This document shows, one piece after another, positions 53,186 to 62,794 of a DNA stretch of 64,000 bases (within the stretch, counting starts at the first letter, position 1; each line of letters opens with the position of its first letter). The DNA comes from Pelagibacteraceae bacterium AG-333-C14. GTDB lineage: Bacteria; Pseudomonadota; Alphaproteobacteria; Pelagibacterales; AG-422-B15. Both the position numbers and the translations under genes were made by a program. The notes under the pieces are model-generated. The model was given only the letters and a program-made list of their open reading frames with translations, was not told the origin of the DNA and searched no databases. The stretch covers positions 23,514 to 87,513 of the forward strand of contig QBZD01000001.1 in NCBI GenBank assembly GCA_003282485.1, given 5' to 3'.

Positions 53186-54064
53186 CTATTCTTTATTGTT
53201 TTTTATGTATTGAATTAATTCAAGAAGACCCTCTCCAAGGTCTGTATGTATCGGAAGAGTATATTTTTTTGATTTGCGTGAAGTATATTTATAGGGTGTT
53301 ATATGGTAATGTGAACTATCTTTTTTCTGGGACTCGCTCGATTTAAGAGTAATTTCTTTTCCTAAAATTTCAGAAATTAATGAAGATAAATCTTTCATAG
53401 AAATAGACTGAGTTCCAGTAAGAGTAAAATATTCATTAAACTTAGCTTCATTAATAAGATCTGCACATATTTTTGATGCATCCTCAACATGAATATATTC
53501 TCTTCTTGAATTTTCATTTCCAGAAAAAGAAATTATATCACTAGCTATTGCTTCCTTAAGGTACCTTTTTATCCCATTATTCTCGTCTGATCTTGGTCCA
53601 TATAAGGAGCCAAATCTTAAAATTAAATAAGGTATATTGAATTGTCTTCCGTATTCCTCAATATAAGTTTCTGAAGATTGCTTAGAACATCTATAAAATC
53701 CTCCAGAATTTGAATAAACATAGAGAGAACTAGCTAGAACATAAACTTTAAGTGTTTTTAATTTCTTACAACCCTCTAATAGTTTTATATTGCCAATTAT
53801 ATTATTTTCAGCAGAATTAAGAGCATTATCATTTGATTCCTTTATATCTGCAACGCCTGCAAAATTGAAAATTGCTTCAGAATCTGAAATTGACTCTAAG
53901 ATATCGCTTTCATCTAATATGTTACCTACAAACATTTTTTGGTCAGATCTTAAGTAATCTGACTTTTGTTTATCTGCTACGATTACTTCATGCCCTGCAT
54001 TGCTTAATGCGTCACTAACATGTGACCCTAAAAAACCAGAACCTCCCCAGACAGTAATTTTCAT
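53186..54064 (-). CDS. NAD-dependent epimerase/dehydratase (SDR)
   Basis: WGGSGFLGSHV Rossmann motif and a YRCSK catalytic pair. 292 aa. Confidence 0.75.
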   Translation of the reverse strand: MKITVWGGSGFLGSHVSDALSNAGHEVIVADKQKSDYLRSDQKMFVGNILDESDILESISDSEAIFNFAGVADIKESNDNALNSAENNIIGNIKLLEGCKKLKTLKVYVLASSLYVYSNSGGFYRCSKQSSETYIEEYGRQFNIPYLILRFGSLYGPRSDENNGIKRYLKEAIASDIISFSGNENSRREYIHVEDASKICADLINEAKFNEYFTLTGTQSISMKDLSSLISEILGKEITLKSSESQKKDSSHYHITPYKYTSRKSKKYTLPIHTDLGEGLLELIQYIKNNKE

Positions 54065-54840
54065 TTTGCTTCTTTCACTAAAGGATTAACTGATGAATTA
54101 ATTAGAAAATATGCATCGGTTGAATATGCTATAAAGCTATATCCACTTGAAATATATTTTTTTAATTGTTTCTCATTAGGTTTAACTTGATGAATGCCAC
54201 AAGGCATATTAAATTTTTTGGATAGTGATAATATTTTATTAATCATATTTTTAAATATCTTACTTTCAAAATCTACTTTCTTACCAAGGGATGCAGCTAA
54301 ATCATATGGCCCAATCATTATTGAATCCAGATCCTTTATTTGCAATATTTGATCAAGATCTTCGAAAGCTTTTTTATTTTCTATTTGCGCTACTATAAAT
54401 GGCTTCTGTGAAAGCTTTTTATATTCTTCAAAATATTTTCCGTACATATTTGCTCTAGAAAAACCTACACCTCTTTTACCTTTTGGAGGCCAGCAAGAAA
54501 AATTGATTGCTTGAATAATATCTTCTGCAGATTTAACCATTGGCAGAATAAGTCCATAAGCACCTGCATCCATTGCAGCTTTGCAATATCTTTCATTTAT
54601 TTCTGGCACCCTAACTAATGGCATAGCTCCACCTAGCTCAATAGATCTTATCAAATTTGGCAAATCAGAAAAACTTATTGAACCATGCTCCATGTCAATT
54701 ACAAGCCAATCATATTTTGAATATGACATTAGTTCTGCAACATCGCTAGAATTAATTTGTATCCAAGACCCAATAGACGAAGTTTTAGATGATAATTTAG
54801 ATCTCAAGTAGGCTAGACTTTTTTGCTTAGATTTTGTCAT
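54061..54840 (-). CDS. HpcH/HpaI-family class II (metal-dependent) pyruvate aldolase
   Basis: WLVIDMEHG, PLVRVP, LDAGAYG-like (MDAGAYGLILPMV), QIEN and GPYDLAASLG follow the HpaI/YfaU aldolase motif order. Confidence 0.8.
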   Translation of the reverse strand: MTKSKQKSLAYLRSKLSSKTSSIGSWIQINSSDVAELMSYSKYDWLVIDMEHGSISFSDLPNLIRSIELGGAMPLVRVPEINERYCKAAMDAGAYGLILPMVKSAEDIIQAINFSCWPPKGKRGVGFSRANMYGKYFEEYKKLSQKPFIVAQIENKKAFEDLDQILQIKDLDSIMIGPYDLAASLGKKVDFESKIFKNMINKILSLSKKFNMPCGIHQVKPNEKQLKKYISSGYSFIAYSTDAYFLINSSVNPLVKEAK

Positions 54841-55493
54841 ATTAAATTACTAAAATTTTTTAAATAATAATCACTTTCATTCATTAGTTTTGAATTATCA
54901 TAGCTATCTATTCTATATACAAAAGGAATATTATTTGATTTAGCTGCATCACAATCTGTTCTACTATCTCCAATTAGAATAGTCTTTTGTTTAATATCCG
55001 CTCTTTCATTCAATAGCTGTTTTACTACAGCTTTTTTCTCATTAGGTGAACCAAAAATTTTTGAAAAAACATCATATATTTTCAACTTCTTTAAAATAAA
55101 TTGAATTTCATCATGAGGCGTTCCCGTAATTAGAATAAACTCTTGTTCGTACTTGTTTTCTAACAAGTATTCTTTTGAACCTGGCACATACTCACTGCTA
55201 ATAACAGAATCAACTACAAGCTTGCTAAAGTCATTAGATAGAGAAATAAGCTCATTTTGATTAACGGGCCTTTTCAGGAACTGAGAATAGCAATATGATA
55301 TTTTTTTTACTCTACTTACACCTAAATTTTCTAAGTGATGATTCACAACTTTAGAAACAATATCTTTGCCATATTTATTAAAAATTTTTTTAAATGCTTG
55401 TGTTTTTACCTCATTACTTTTTTTTATAACTCCGTCGAAATCAAAGAAAATCAATTTAATTTCTTTAGCTAATCTTTTTGTAAGTAAATTCAT
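54837..55493 (-). CDS. HAD-superfamily phosphatase (capped, PGP/beta-PGM-like)
   Basis: LIFFDFDGVI motif I (DxD), TGT motif II region and GDSRTD motif IV. Confidence 0.75.
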   Translation of the reverse strand: MNLLTKRLAKEIKLIFFDFDGVIKKSNEVKTQAFKKIFNKYGKDIVSKVVNHHLENLGVSRVKKISYCYSQFLKRPVNQNELISLSNDFSKLVVDSVISSEYVPGSKEYLLENKYEQEFILITGTPHDEIQFILKKLKIYDVFSKIFGSPNEKKAVVKQLLNERADIKQKTILIGDSRTDCDAAKSNNIPFVYRIDSYDNSKLMNESDYYLKNFSNLI

Positions 55494-55496
55494 TTT

Positions 55497-56453
55497 TTAT
55501 GAAATAATTTCATTTTTTAAGGGCTTTCCTAGATGAAAGTTTATTGTTTCATTAACAGCAGACATTTCCATCATGTTTCTACAATGAACTGTAGATGAGC
55601 TTACGTGAGGAGTTAAAATAATATTATTTAATGATTTAAGAATACCGTCATATGGTTCAGTCTCAAATGTATCTAGCGCAGCGCAAAAAGTCTTATGATT
55701 AGACAAATGATTATACAAATCATTTTCATTTATAAGGCCTCCTCTGCTACAATTAATTAAAATTGCATCATCTTTCATCATTGATAATTCATTTTTTCCA
55801 ATCAATCCATCAGTATCTTTTGTTAAAGGTAAATGTAAGGTAATTATATCTGACCCTATTAACAATTCCTTTAAACCACAAAAATTAAGTGCTTTATCTT
55901 TATCTTTTAATTTCAAAATAGCTTCAGATGTATCATGAAGTAATATCTTTTTTACAGATAACTTTTCGATAAGTTTTTTTACTTCTTGTCCAATTCTTCC
56001 ATACCCAACAATTCCAATAACAACCTCATCAAGGCTTTTACCCATCTTTTTTTTCCATATATCTTTTTTCATATCCCTATCAAAGAAAGATATCCGTCTA
56101 AGTAAATTTAACATTAAACCCAATGTCATTTCGGCGACAGTTTTACTCACAGTAGCAGGTGTAAAAGATAATTTTATTTTTTTTTGATTAAGTAGAGATA
56201 TTGGAACGTTTTCGATGCCTAAACCCAATCTGCATATAAATTTTAAATTAGGGTTATTTATAATTACTTCACTTAAATCCTCAGTTCCTGCAATCAAGTA
56301 TTTACAATTTTTATATTCGTATGACGCATCAGATGGAACTATCTTTTTGCCTGACTTATTAATATCAAATGTAATATTATTTCTACTCAATAAATCTAAA
56401 GAATCTTTGTTTATATTTGCAAAGCTTGATGTCGATATATAAAGATCTTTCAT
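55497..56453 (-). CDS. D-isomer-specific 2-hydroxyacid dehydrogenase family (NAD-binding)
   Basis: GIVGYGRIGQEV Rossmann motif, the NCSRGGLI segment and FETEP...LTPHVSS catalytic His region. Confidence 0.85.
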   Translation of the reverse strand: MKDLYISTSSFANINKDSLDLLSRNNITFDINKSGKKIVPSDASYEYKNCKYLIAGTEDLSEVIINNPNLKFICRLGLGIENVPISLLNQKKIKLSFTPATVSKTVAEMTLGLMLNLLRRISFFDRDMKKDIWKKKMGKSLDEVVIGIVGYGRIGQEVKKLIEKLSVKKILLHDTSEAILKLKDKDKALNFCGLKELLIGSDIITLHLPLTKDTDGLIGKNELSMMKDDAILINCSRGGLINENDLYNHLSNHKTFCAALDTFETEPYDGILKSLNNIILTPHVSSSTVHCRNMMEMSAVNETINFHLGKPLKNEIIS

Positions 56454-56471
56454 AAATGTATTTTAATGCTC

Positions 56472-57155
56472 TTAAGGACACCAATATATCTCTATATCAT
56501 TTTTTAAAAAAGCATTTATTGGATAGTTTGAATTCTCAAGATTTCCAAGTGCATGATTTATTAATTTAAGCTTACTATAACCTCTAATTAAAAGAAAGGT
56601 TCTCTTCGATTTTTTTAATATTTGCTCAGATAGTGATAATCTTTTATAACTCTCACTCTTTTTTTTGCAGATAAATGCAAATTCACTGCTCTGATAATTA
56701 TTGCTAATTAATTTATTATTAAAAATAGATGCGGTATGACCATCATCTCCCATTCCTAAAATTGTAAAATCAAATGGTATTCTTTTAATAATATTATATT
56801 TAGTTTTGGTTCCAGTATTATTTATTAATAAAATATTGGGTCTTTGGCTAATTTGACTCTTTGAAAATATATCAGTTAACAATTTTTTATTAGATTTTAT
56901 ATGTCCTTCATTTACTAGTCTCTCATCCGTTAATATAATTTCAACTTGTTTCCAATTTATTTTCTTTCTAAATAAAGATTGGTATAAAAATATTGGCGTA
57001 CTTCCTCCACATAGACAAATATTCTTTTTCGATGAGTTGTTTTTTAAAATTATAGACGATAATTTATTAGTAAGGTCATTACAGAGCTGATAATTGTTTC
57101 TAAAAGTATGGAACTTAATATTTCTTTCGTAACTAGTTACAAAAAAATTATTCAC
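56472..57155 (-). CDS. 6-phosphogluconolactonase / glucosamine-6-phosphate deaminase-fold enzyme
   Basis: CLCGGSTP, LTDERLV and GMGDDGHTASIF motifs are typical of the Pgl/NagB family. Confidence 0.7.
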   Translation of the reverse strand: MNNFFVTSYERNIKFHTFRNNYQLCNDLTNKLSSIILKNNSSKKNICLCGGSTPIFLYQSLFRKKINWKQVEIILTDERLVNEGHIKSNKKLLTDIFSKSQISQRPNILLINNTGTKTKYNIIKRIPFDFTILGMGDDGHTASIFNNKLISNNYQSSEFAFICKKKSESYKRLSLSEQILKKSKRTFLLIRGYSKLKLINHALGNLENSNYPINAFLKNDIEIYWCP

Positions 57156-57160
57156 TTTAA

Positions 57161-57901
57161 TTATTTTTTAATTAGTTTTTCAACTTTTTTAAGATCAAGC
57201 GGAGTATCTACTGCATGGCTAGTTTCGTTGGTTCTTGCGAAATGAACGTCAATTCCATTTTCTAAAAATCTTAACATATCTATAGACTCTGACTTTTCAT
57301 ATTCTGTTGTTTTTAATGCCTGATATTTTAAAAGAAACTCTCTTCTAAATGAAATGACACATACTTGCTTACCATAATATTTTTTATGTATTCCAATATC
57401 GTACGGTATTGGTTCTCTTGAGAAATATAAAGCTTTCAGATTTCGGTCATAAGTAACTTTAATAGAATTCTTACTCATAAATTCATTTTTATTCTCTATT
57501 TTACCAAGTAAGTTAATAATATTCTTCGATTTATCATTTATGAGCGGAGCTATTGACTGATTTATCATTTTTGAATTAATCATTGGTTCATCACCTTGAA
57601 CCATAGAAATAATTTTAATTTTTTTATTATATATTTTTTCTATCTTCTTTAAAGCTTCAGCGCATCTAGATGTGCAACGATTGTGTTTATTACTTGTCAT
57701 TATAGCTTTACCACCAATTTTTAAAATATGCTCATAAATGATATGATCACATGTAGCTACAAATACTTCATCAAGCATTTTACATTTTTTTACATTTTCA
57801 TAGACAATTTCTACCATTGGCATTCCATTTATTTTAGCCATTGGCTTACCAGGAAATCTCGAGCTATTCATTCTAGCAGGTATAATTGCGATAGACTTCA
57901 T
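57161..57901 (-). CDS. CMP-ulosonic-acid synthetase (KdsB/NeuA cytidylyltransferase family)
   Basis: IAIIPARMNSSRFPGKPMAKINGMPMV N-terminus and VQGDEP motif. 246 aa. Confidence 0.85.
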   Translation of the reverse strand: MKSIAIIPARMNSSRFPGKPMAKINGMPMVEIVYENVKKCKMLDEVFVATCDHIIYEHILKIGGKAIMTSNKHNRCTSRCAEALKKIEKIYNKKIKIISMVQGDEPMINSKMINQSIAPLINDKSKNIINLLGKIENKNEFMSKNSIKVTYDRNLKALYFSREPIPYDIGIHKKYYGKQVCVISFRREFLLKYQALKTTEYEKSESIDMLRFLENGIDVHFARTNETSHAVDTPLDLKKVEKLIKK

Positions 57902-57902
57902 T

Positions 57903-60900
57903 TTAATTTTTTTTACAGATAATGTGCATATGGGAACTCATTCCTGACTCTGAAATTATATTCTGCATTTTTGACCTCTCCTCTGTATCAGAGTTTTCAA
58001 GATAATTCCTCCAAAATTTATCTTTAATTTTGCTCCTATTCTTGTACATAATATCTAGATCAAGTTGTCCAGGAGTATGAGTCTCAACTTGGGTAAATCC
58101 AACTTTTTCCAGCAAAAATTTTACAGAATAAGGATTAAAGAAATTTAAGTGATGAGGTGGTGAAACAGAGTCAGATTTTCTCCACAAAGTTCTTATATCA
58201 ATACCTGTACTAGATAGCGTAGTAAAATAAAAAAAATCATTACTTTTCATTAAACTATAAAGTTTTTTAAGAAATTTTTTAGGAGAATGCAGATGTTCAA
58301 AAAGTTCAAAACAAACAAAAAATGTTTGTTTGCTTGGAATATCTGATCTTTTTAAATTTTCAAGAAATTTTTCTACTACGTTTATGTTTTTTTTTCTTAG
58401 AGAGTTTGCAAGCGAACGTGATGGTTCAATTATTAACACTTCATTTAAACCTTGGCTTATCAACTCCTCAGCAAAAACTCCATATCCTCCACCAATTTCA
58501 ACGATACTTGGCATTTCTATCTTGTTGTCTTTTAAGACGTTTATTATTTTTTTTACTTTTGGCTTCCATAACTTTTCTCTTCTATTTTCAGACGTGAGAG
58601 GGTAAAAATCGGTTGCCCAATACTCTGATGATTTTGATTTTGTATAAAATCTTGTAAATAGTTCTTCAGATGGTCTTGGACTTACATATAGTGTGTTACA
58701 ATAACTACATTCTTTATAGGTAAAATTATTCTTTTCAAACGCTACATTTCCATCTCTTTCACAAGAAGGACACGAAAAACTATCAAATTTTTTTCCTTTA
58801 AAAATTAATTCAATATCTTCTTTGCAAAGTCTGAGGTATTTATTAAATATCTTCTGAGGCCTAATCTCCTCCTCTGTAAGAGAATTATTTATATTCAGAA
58901 TGGGAGTGTTGTTGAAATTAATAATTTTTTCACTTATCAATTTATTCCATATTTTTGCTACATTATTGGTCACATCGTAATAGAGATACTTTTCAACTTT
59001 TTGAGCAGCTTTCAATAAGGTTGCATTTTCTGATTTATCTTTAATAATATTTTCAAATTCAGAGTATTTTGAAACATAGTTTATATTTTTAAGATTTAAT
59101 TCTAAAAGTACTGAATTATTAATCCTACTTCCAAATAATAAGGAAATTACATTGTATCCCTTAACTGCCGCCTCATTTAACACTGATGTAAAAGTTCCAA
59201 TTATATAATTGCAATTATTTATTTCTTTCCAAACTGGTGCATTTGATAAAATAACATTTTGAGTAATATTGTTCTTCAATAAAAAATTGCGCAATGCATT
59301 TTTTTCTAAAACCCCTCTGGGGTGGGTTTTAAAAACAAATACGGTATTTTGATCTTTTCTTGTTAAGATCTGTTGTTTAAAATAAGAAATACATAAGTTT
59401 AGTATTGGCTCATGATCATTAATACCAAATGCAACTAATATTCGATTTTGGTTTATTCTTTTTTTATTCTTTGATTTAAAGGGTAATGAATTTAAGCCTA
59501 TCATTCTACTTGACCCTCCCACTGATATGACATGTTCAGGATATCCTGACTCTAATAGTAATTCTTTACCATACTTACCTTCGACTAAAATCATATCCGG
59601 CAGAGGCGGGAAATTAACAAAATTATTATTTGTTGCTATAGAAAATTCTCCTACAATATTAGTTGTCTCTAATTTCAATCTATTAATAGGACCATCTTGT
59701 GTACTTACTACGCAGGTTTTTGGACTGGTTGATTTAATGGCAAATACAGTAGATTTTCCAATGGGTGTTTCAAACATATTATATATAACACATTTTGGTT
59801 TTGCTGCTATTGTGAAAGCTTTAAGTCTCTCAATGTAAAAAAAGAATCTTGGTATTCTTCTCATTGATTGATAGAACTCTTCCCTTATTAAAGGATAAAT
59901 ATCGAAATCATCAAATACCCAAAAACTTTTGAAATTTTCTTTTTTAGATAGTTGAAAAAGTTTTAATATTGTAATGTTACAATAAAAAAATAATTTAAAT
60001 ATTTTACTAAAATTAATAAATCGTTCTAAAAAAAAAGTTTGCTTTTTATCATAATTTTTTTGAGATCTTTTTCTTAATATCTCAAAAAAATTGTAAAATT
60101 TAATTGAAGTATGAATTCCGTCAGGAAATAATGTAACCAGTGATATAATATCATTTTTTCTAAATGACTTTAATATTTCATTTTTTTTCCCAAACTTGTC
60201 ATCTTTAAAATAGTCTTCTCTTGGCCAAAAGGCAGTATAAAATTGAATAAATGCTATTTTATTTTTAGGTAATTTTTCTCTGTTATAAGTCTTAGCCAGA
60301 ATTGTAATTATTAAAAACTCAATAAACCATTTATTAAATACTAATATGTATTTTGAAAGTTGAAGTAATTCTTTGAATTTTTTTACTCCAAAGTAATTTA
60401 CTGATTTGACATAATTAATTTTCTTTGTGTCTAAATACTTCTCAATAGTTTCAACAAATAGTGAGGATTTTGAAAATATAATAGTATTATCAATTCGACC
60501 ACTTCTTTTCAGAATATCTTTTAAGAAGATCAATTGGCACAAATAAGTGAATGTTTTGAACTTATAAGATCTTTTATGGAAAATCTCGTTTAGCCACCAT
60601 GTAGAGAGTTTTGAATCGTAAACTAAATATTCATTCAGTGGCTTTTCATCAATTTGTATATTTTTTGCATTTGAAACTAATTGAGCATATTCATTTCTTA
60701 TTTTAAAAGCGATTTTTTCTAAATTTCCAGCTGCATTAACTATTTCAACTTTTTTATATATTTTTTTGATGTGGCTAATAAAACTATTTTTAAATTCGTT
60801 ATTATCATTAAATATAACTACTTTTGCTATAGTATTACTTTCAGTCTTAAGGCCTCTAATAATGCTATTATTTATTTTTTCTTCTTCATGAAGAATAAAT

Positions 60901-60980
60901 AAGTGAATTTTTTTACTTTTTTTCATAGTTAAAATATTTTGAAAACGCTTGACCATACTGACAAAGCGTAAATTGTCCAT
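57903..60980 (-). CDS. Large fusion protein: an N-terminal region of about 700 aa with uncharacterised GT-B-like/capsule-polymerase-like features, a Zn-ribbon, and a class I SAM methyltransferase
   Basis: C-terminal part (nt about 57903-58780) has CPSC...CSYC, IVEIGGGYGVFAEEL (motif I) and FVCFELFEHL. The N-terminal part contains VFVFKTHPRG (nt about 59312-59329), reminiscent of the HP motif in KpsS/KpsC and TagF-type transferases. The start is more likely the ATG at 60926 (MKKSKKIHLF...), 2 nt after the asnB-like stop, than 60980. Confidence 0.65.
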   Translation of the reverse strand: MDNLRFVSMVKRFQNILTMKKSKKIHLFILHEEEKINNSIIRGLKTESNTIAKVVIFNDNNEFKNSFISHIKKIYKKVEIVNAAGNLEKIAFKIRNEYAQLVSNAKNIQIDEKPLNEYLVYDSKLSTWWLNEIFHKRSYKFKTFTYLCQLIFLKDILKRSGRIDNTIIFSKSSLFVETIEKYLDTKKINYVKSVNYFGVKKFKELLQLSKYILVFNKWFIEFLIITILAKTYNREKLPKNKIAFIQFYTAFWPREDYFKDDKFGKKNEILKSFRKNDIISLVTLFPDGIHTSIKFYNFFEILRKRSQKNYDKKQTFFLERFINFSKIFKLFFYCNITILKLFQLSKKENFKSFWVFDDFDIYPLIREEFYQSMRRIPRFFFYIERLKAFTIAAKPKCVIYNMFETPIGKSTVFAIKSTSPKTCVVSTQDGPINRLKLETTNIVGEFSIATNNNFVNFPPLPDMILVEGKYGKELLLESGYPEHVISVGGSSRMIGLNSLPFKSKNKKRINQNRILVAFGINDHEPILNLCISYFKQQILTRKDQNTVFVFKTHPRGVLEKNALRNFLLKNNITQNVILSNAPVWKEINNCNYIIGTFTSVLNEAAVKGYNVISLLFGSRINNSVLLELNLKNINYVSKYSEFENIIKDKSENATLLKAAQKVEKYLYYDVTNNVAKIWNKLISEKIINFNNTPILNINNSLTEEEIRPQKIFNKYLRLCKEDIELIFKGKKFDSFSCPSCERDGNVAFEKNNFTYKECSYCNTLYVSPRPSEELFTRFYTKSKSSEYWATDFYPLTSENRREKLWKPKVKKIINVLKDNKIEMPSIVEIGGGYGVFAEELISQGLNEVLIIEPSRSLANSLRKKNINVVEKFLENLKRSDIPSKQTFFVCFELFEHLHSPKKFLKKLYSLMKSNDFFYFTTLSSTGIDIRTLWRKSDSVSPPHHLNFFNPYSVKFLLEKVGFTQVETHTPGQLDLDIMYKNRSKIKDKFWRNYLENSDTEERSKMQNIISESGMSSHMHIICKKN

Positions 60981-62794
60981 TTTGTATTTAGTGATATCAT
61001 TTCATTACTATTAGTTAGGTAATTGCATGGCAGCTTATTTTCTAATATTCCTGACCTATTTAAATTTTCAATAATGCCATAAAAATAATCTCTTTTATCA
61101 TTTTGATTAAAAAACTCTTCTAACGGAGTGCTAAAACCCATTTTTTTTCTAAAAATAAATTCTTTATCAAAATAGTTTAATCCATATTCCTTAAGAATTT
61201 TTTTTGTATTTTTTGAAGCATTATAAAAAATTGGGAGATAAGGTGTAGAGGTTTTATATTCATTTTTCAATGAAAATGCAAATTCAACTAAACGGTGGTC
61301 TAAATAAGGAACTCTATTTTCAATTCCGTTTGCCATGCACATTTTATCTTGCCTGATGAGTAGTTCATTAAGATAAGTTTTTGTTTCATATTTAAGATAT
61401 GTTTTAAAAAAAGATTCTGTATTTGATGCATTAAATATTTTTTTTCTGTCTCCCAATGAATTGTTTATATTGCAACTTGGATTAATCTTTTTAATTTCAT
61501 TTATTTTAGAAGTAGCCGATAAAAATATTAGTAATTCCTCCAGATTACTTCCATCTCTTTTATATTTATGCGATCTTATAGAATTATAAAATGATGAAAG
61601 AAATGGATATTTCTCGAATATTCTTGCTACACAATATCTATCATAGCCTCCAAATATTTCATCTGCTCCTTCACCACTTAATAATACCTTAAGATGATTT
61701 GAAGCAAATTTTGATAGTGTATAGATCCCAATAGAATTAGGTTGGCTTAATGGTTGATCAAAATGCCATGTTGCTTGTTCAATATATTTATGAAAATGGT
61801 CTATATTAAATTTTATTTTGTGCGCATCAAATTCATGTTTACTAAGAATATAATCAATATATTTTTCTTCACTATATTCTTTGTCTTCAGGAATAATTGA
61901 AAAAGATTTAGTTTTTGAAATGTCTTTTGAAAAGGCTAAAGAAGCAATTAAACTTGAGTCAAGTCCACCTGATAATTGCGTTCCGACCTCCACATCGCTA
62001 ATTAGTTGGTAGTCAACACTACTATTAATTATGCTATCTAATAATGTACCCTTTCCATGACCAATGTGTAAGGAAGAATTAATATTCCAATAAATTTCTT
62101 TTCTGACATTGCTATTATGAAAAACAATTTTCTGAGCTGGCTCTACTTCATTTATATTTTTAAATAATGTTTCATTTCCTGAAATATATCTAAAAGTTAA
62201 ATATTCATTCAATTTTGTATAATTGATCTGTGGATTAATTTTACTATGAATTAGTATTGATTTAATCTCACTTGCCAAAACAAGTCGCTTTTTATCATAG
62301 TAATAATATAGTGGTTTTATACCCAATCTATCTCTACAAACAAAAAAACTATTTTTATTCTTGTCAAAGATAACTATGGCAAACATCCCATTAATCATCT
62401 CCAGCATATTCTCTCCAAAAACTTGGAATAACTTTAAAATAACTTCGGTATCACTTTTACTTCTTAATTTATGTCCTCTATCAATTAAGTTATTTCGAAG
62501 TTCAATAAAATTATATATCTCACCATTAAATAATATTAGATATCTTTCATCATCTGATATCATTGGTTGGCTAGCTTTATTGCTGAGATCTTGAATACTC
62601 AATCTATTGAATCCAAAACCATATTTAAAATTTATATTATTTTTTTCATCTGAATTAATTTTTTGAAATTCATTATCTTTCAAAATGACTATACCTTTAC
62701 TATCGGGCCCTCTATGGGCAATTGTACTACACATTTTGTCTAAATGAGCAGAACCATATTCATCGCTATCAAAAACTGCAACAAGTCCACACAT
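60929..62794 (-). CDS. Asparagine synthase (glutamine-hydrolysing)-family amidotransferase (AsnB/WbpS-like)
   Basis: The MCGLVAVF N-terminal nucleophile Cys, SGGLDSS PP-loop and GEGADEIFGGY motifs. Confidence 0.9.
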   Translation of the reverse strand: MCGLVAVFDSDEYGSAHLDKMCSTIAHRGPDSKGIVILKDNEFQKINSDEKNNINFKYGFGFNRLSIQDLSNKASQPMISDDERYLILFNGEIYNFIELRNNLIDRGHKLRSKSDTEVILKLFQVFGENMLEMINGMFAIVIFDKNKNSFFVCRDRLGIKPLYYYYDKKRLVLASEIKSILIHSKINPQINYTKLNEYLTFRYISGNETLFKNINEVEPAQKIVFHNSNVRKEIYWNINSSLHIGHGKGTLLDSIINSSVDYQLISDVEVGTQLSGGLDSSLIASLAFSKDISKTKSFSIIPEDKEYSEEKYIDYILSKHEFDAHKIKFNIDHFHKYIEQATWHFDQPLSQPNSIGIYTLSKFASNHLKVLLSGEGADEIFGGYDRYCVARIFEKYPFLSSFYNSIRSHKYKRDGSNLEELLIFLSATSKINEIKKINPSCNINNSLGDRKKIFNASNTESFFKTYLKYETKTYLNELLIRQDKMCMANGIENRVPYLDHRLVEFAFSLKNEYKTSTPYLPIFYNASKNTKKILKEYGLNYFDKEFIFRKKMGFSTPLEEFFNQNDKRDYFYGIIENLNRSGILENKLPCNYLTNSNEMISLNTKWTIYALSVWSSVFKIF

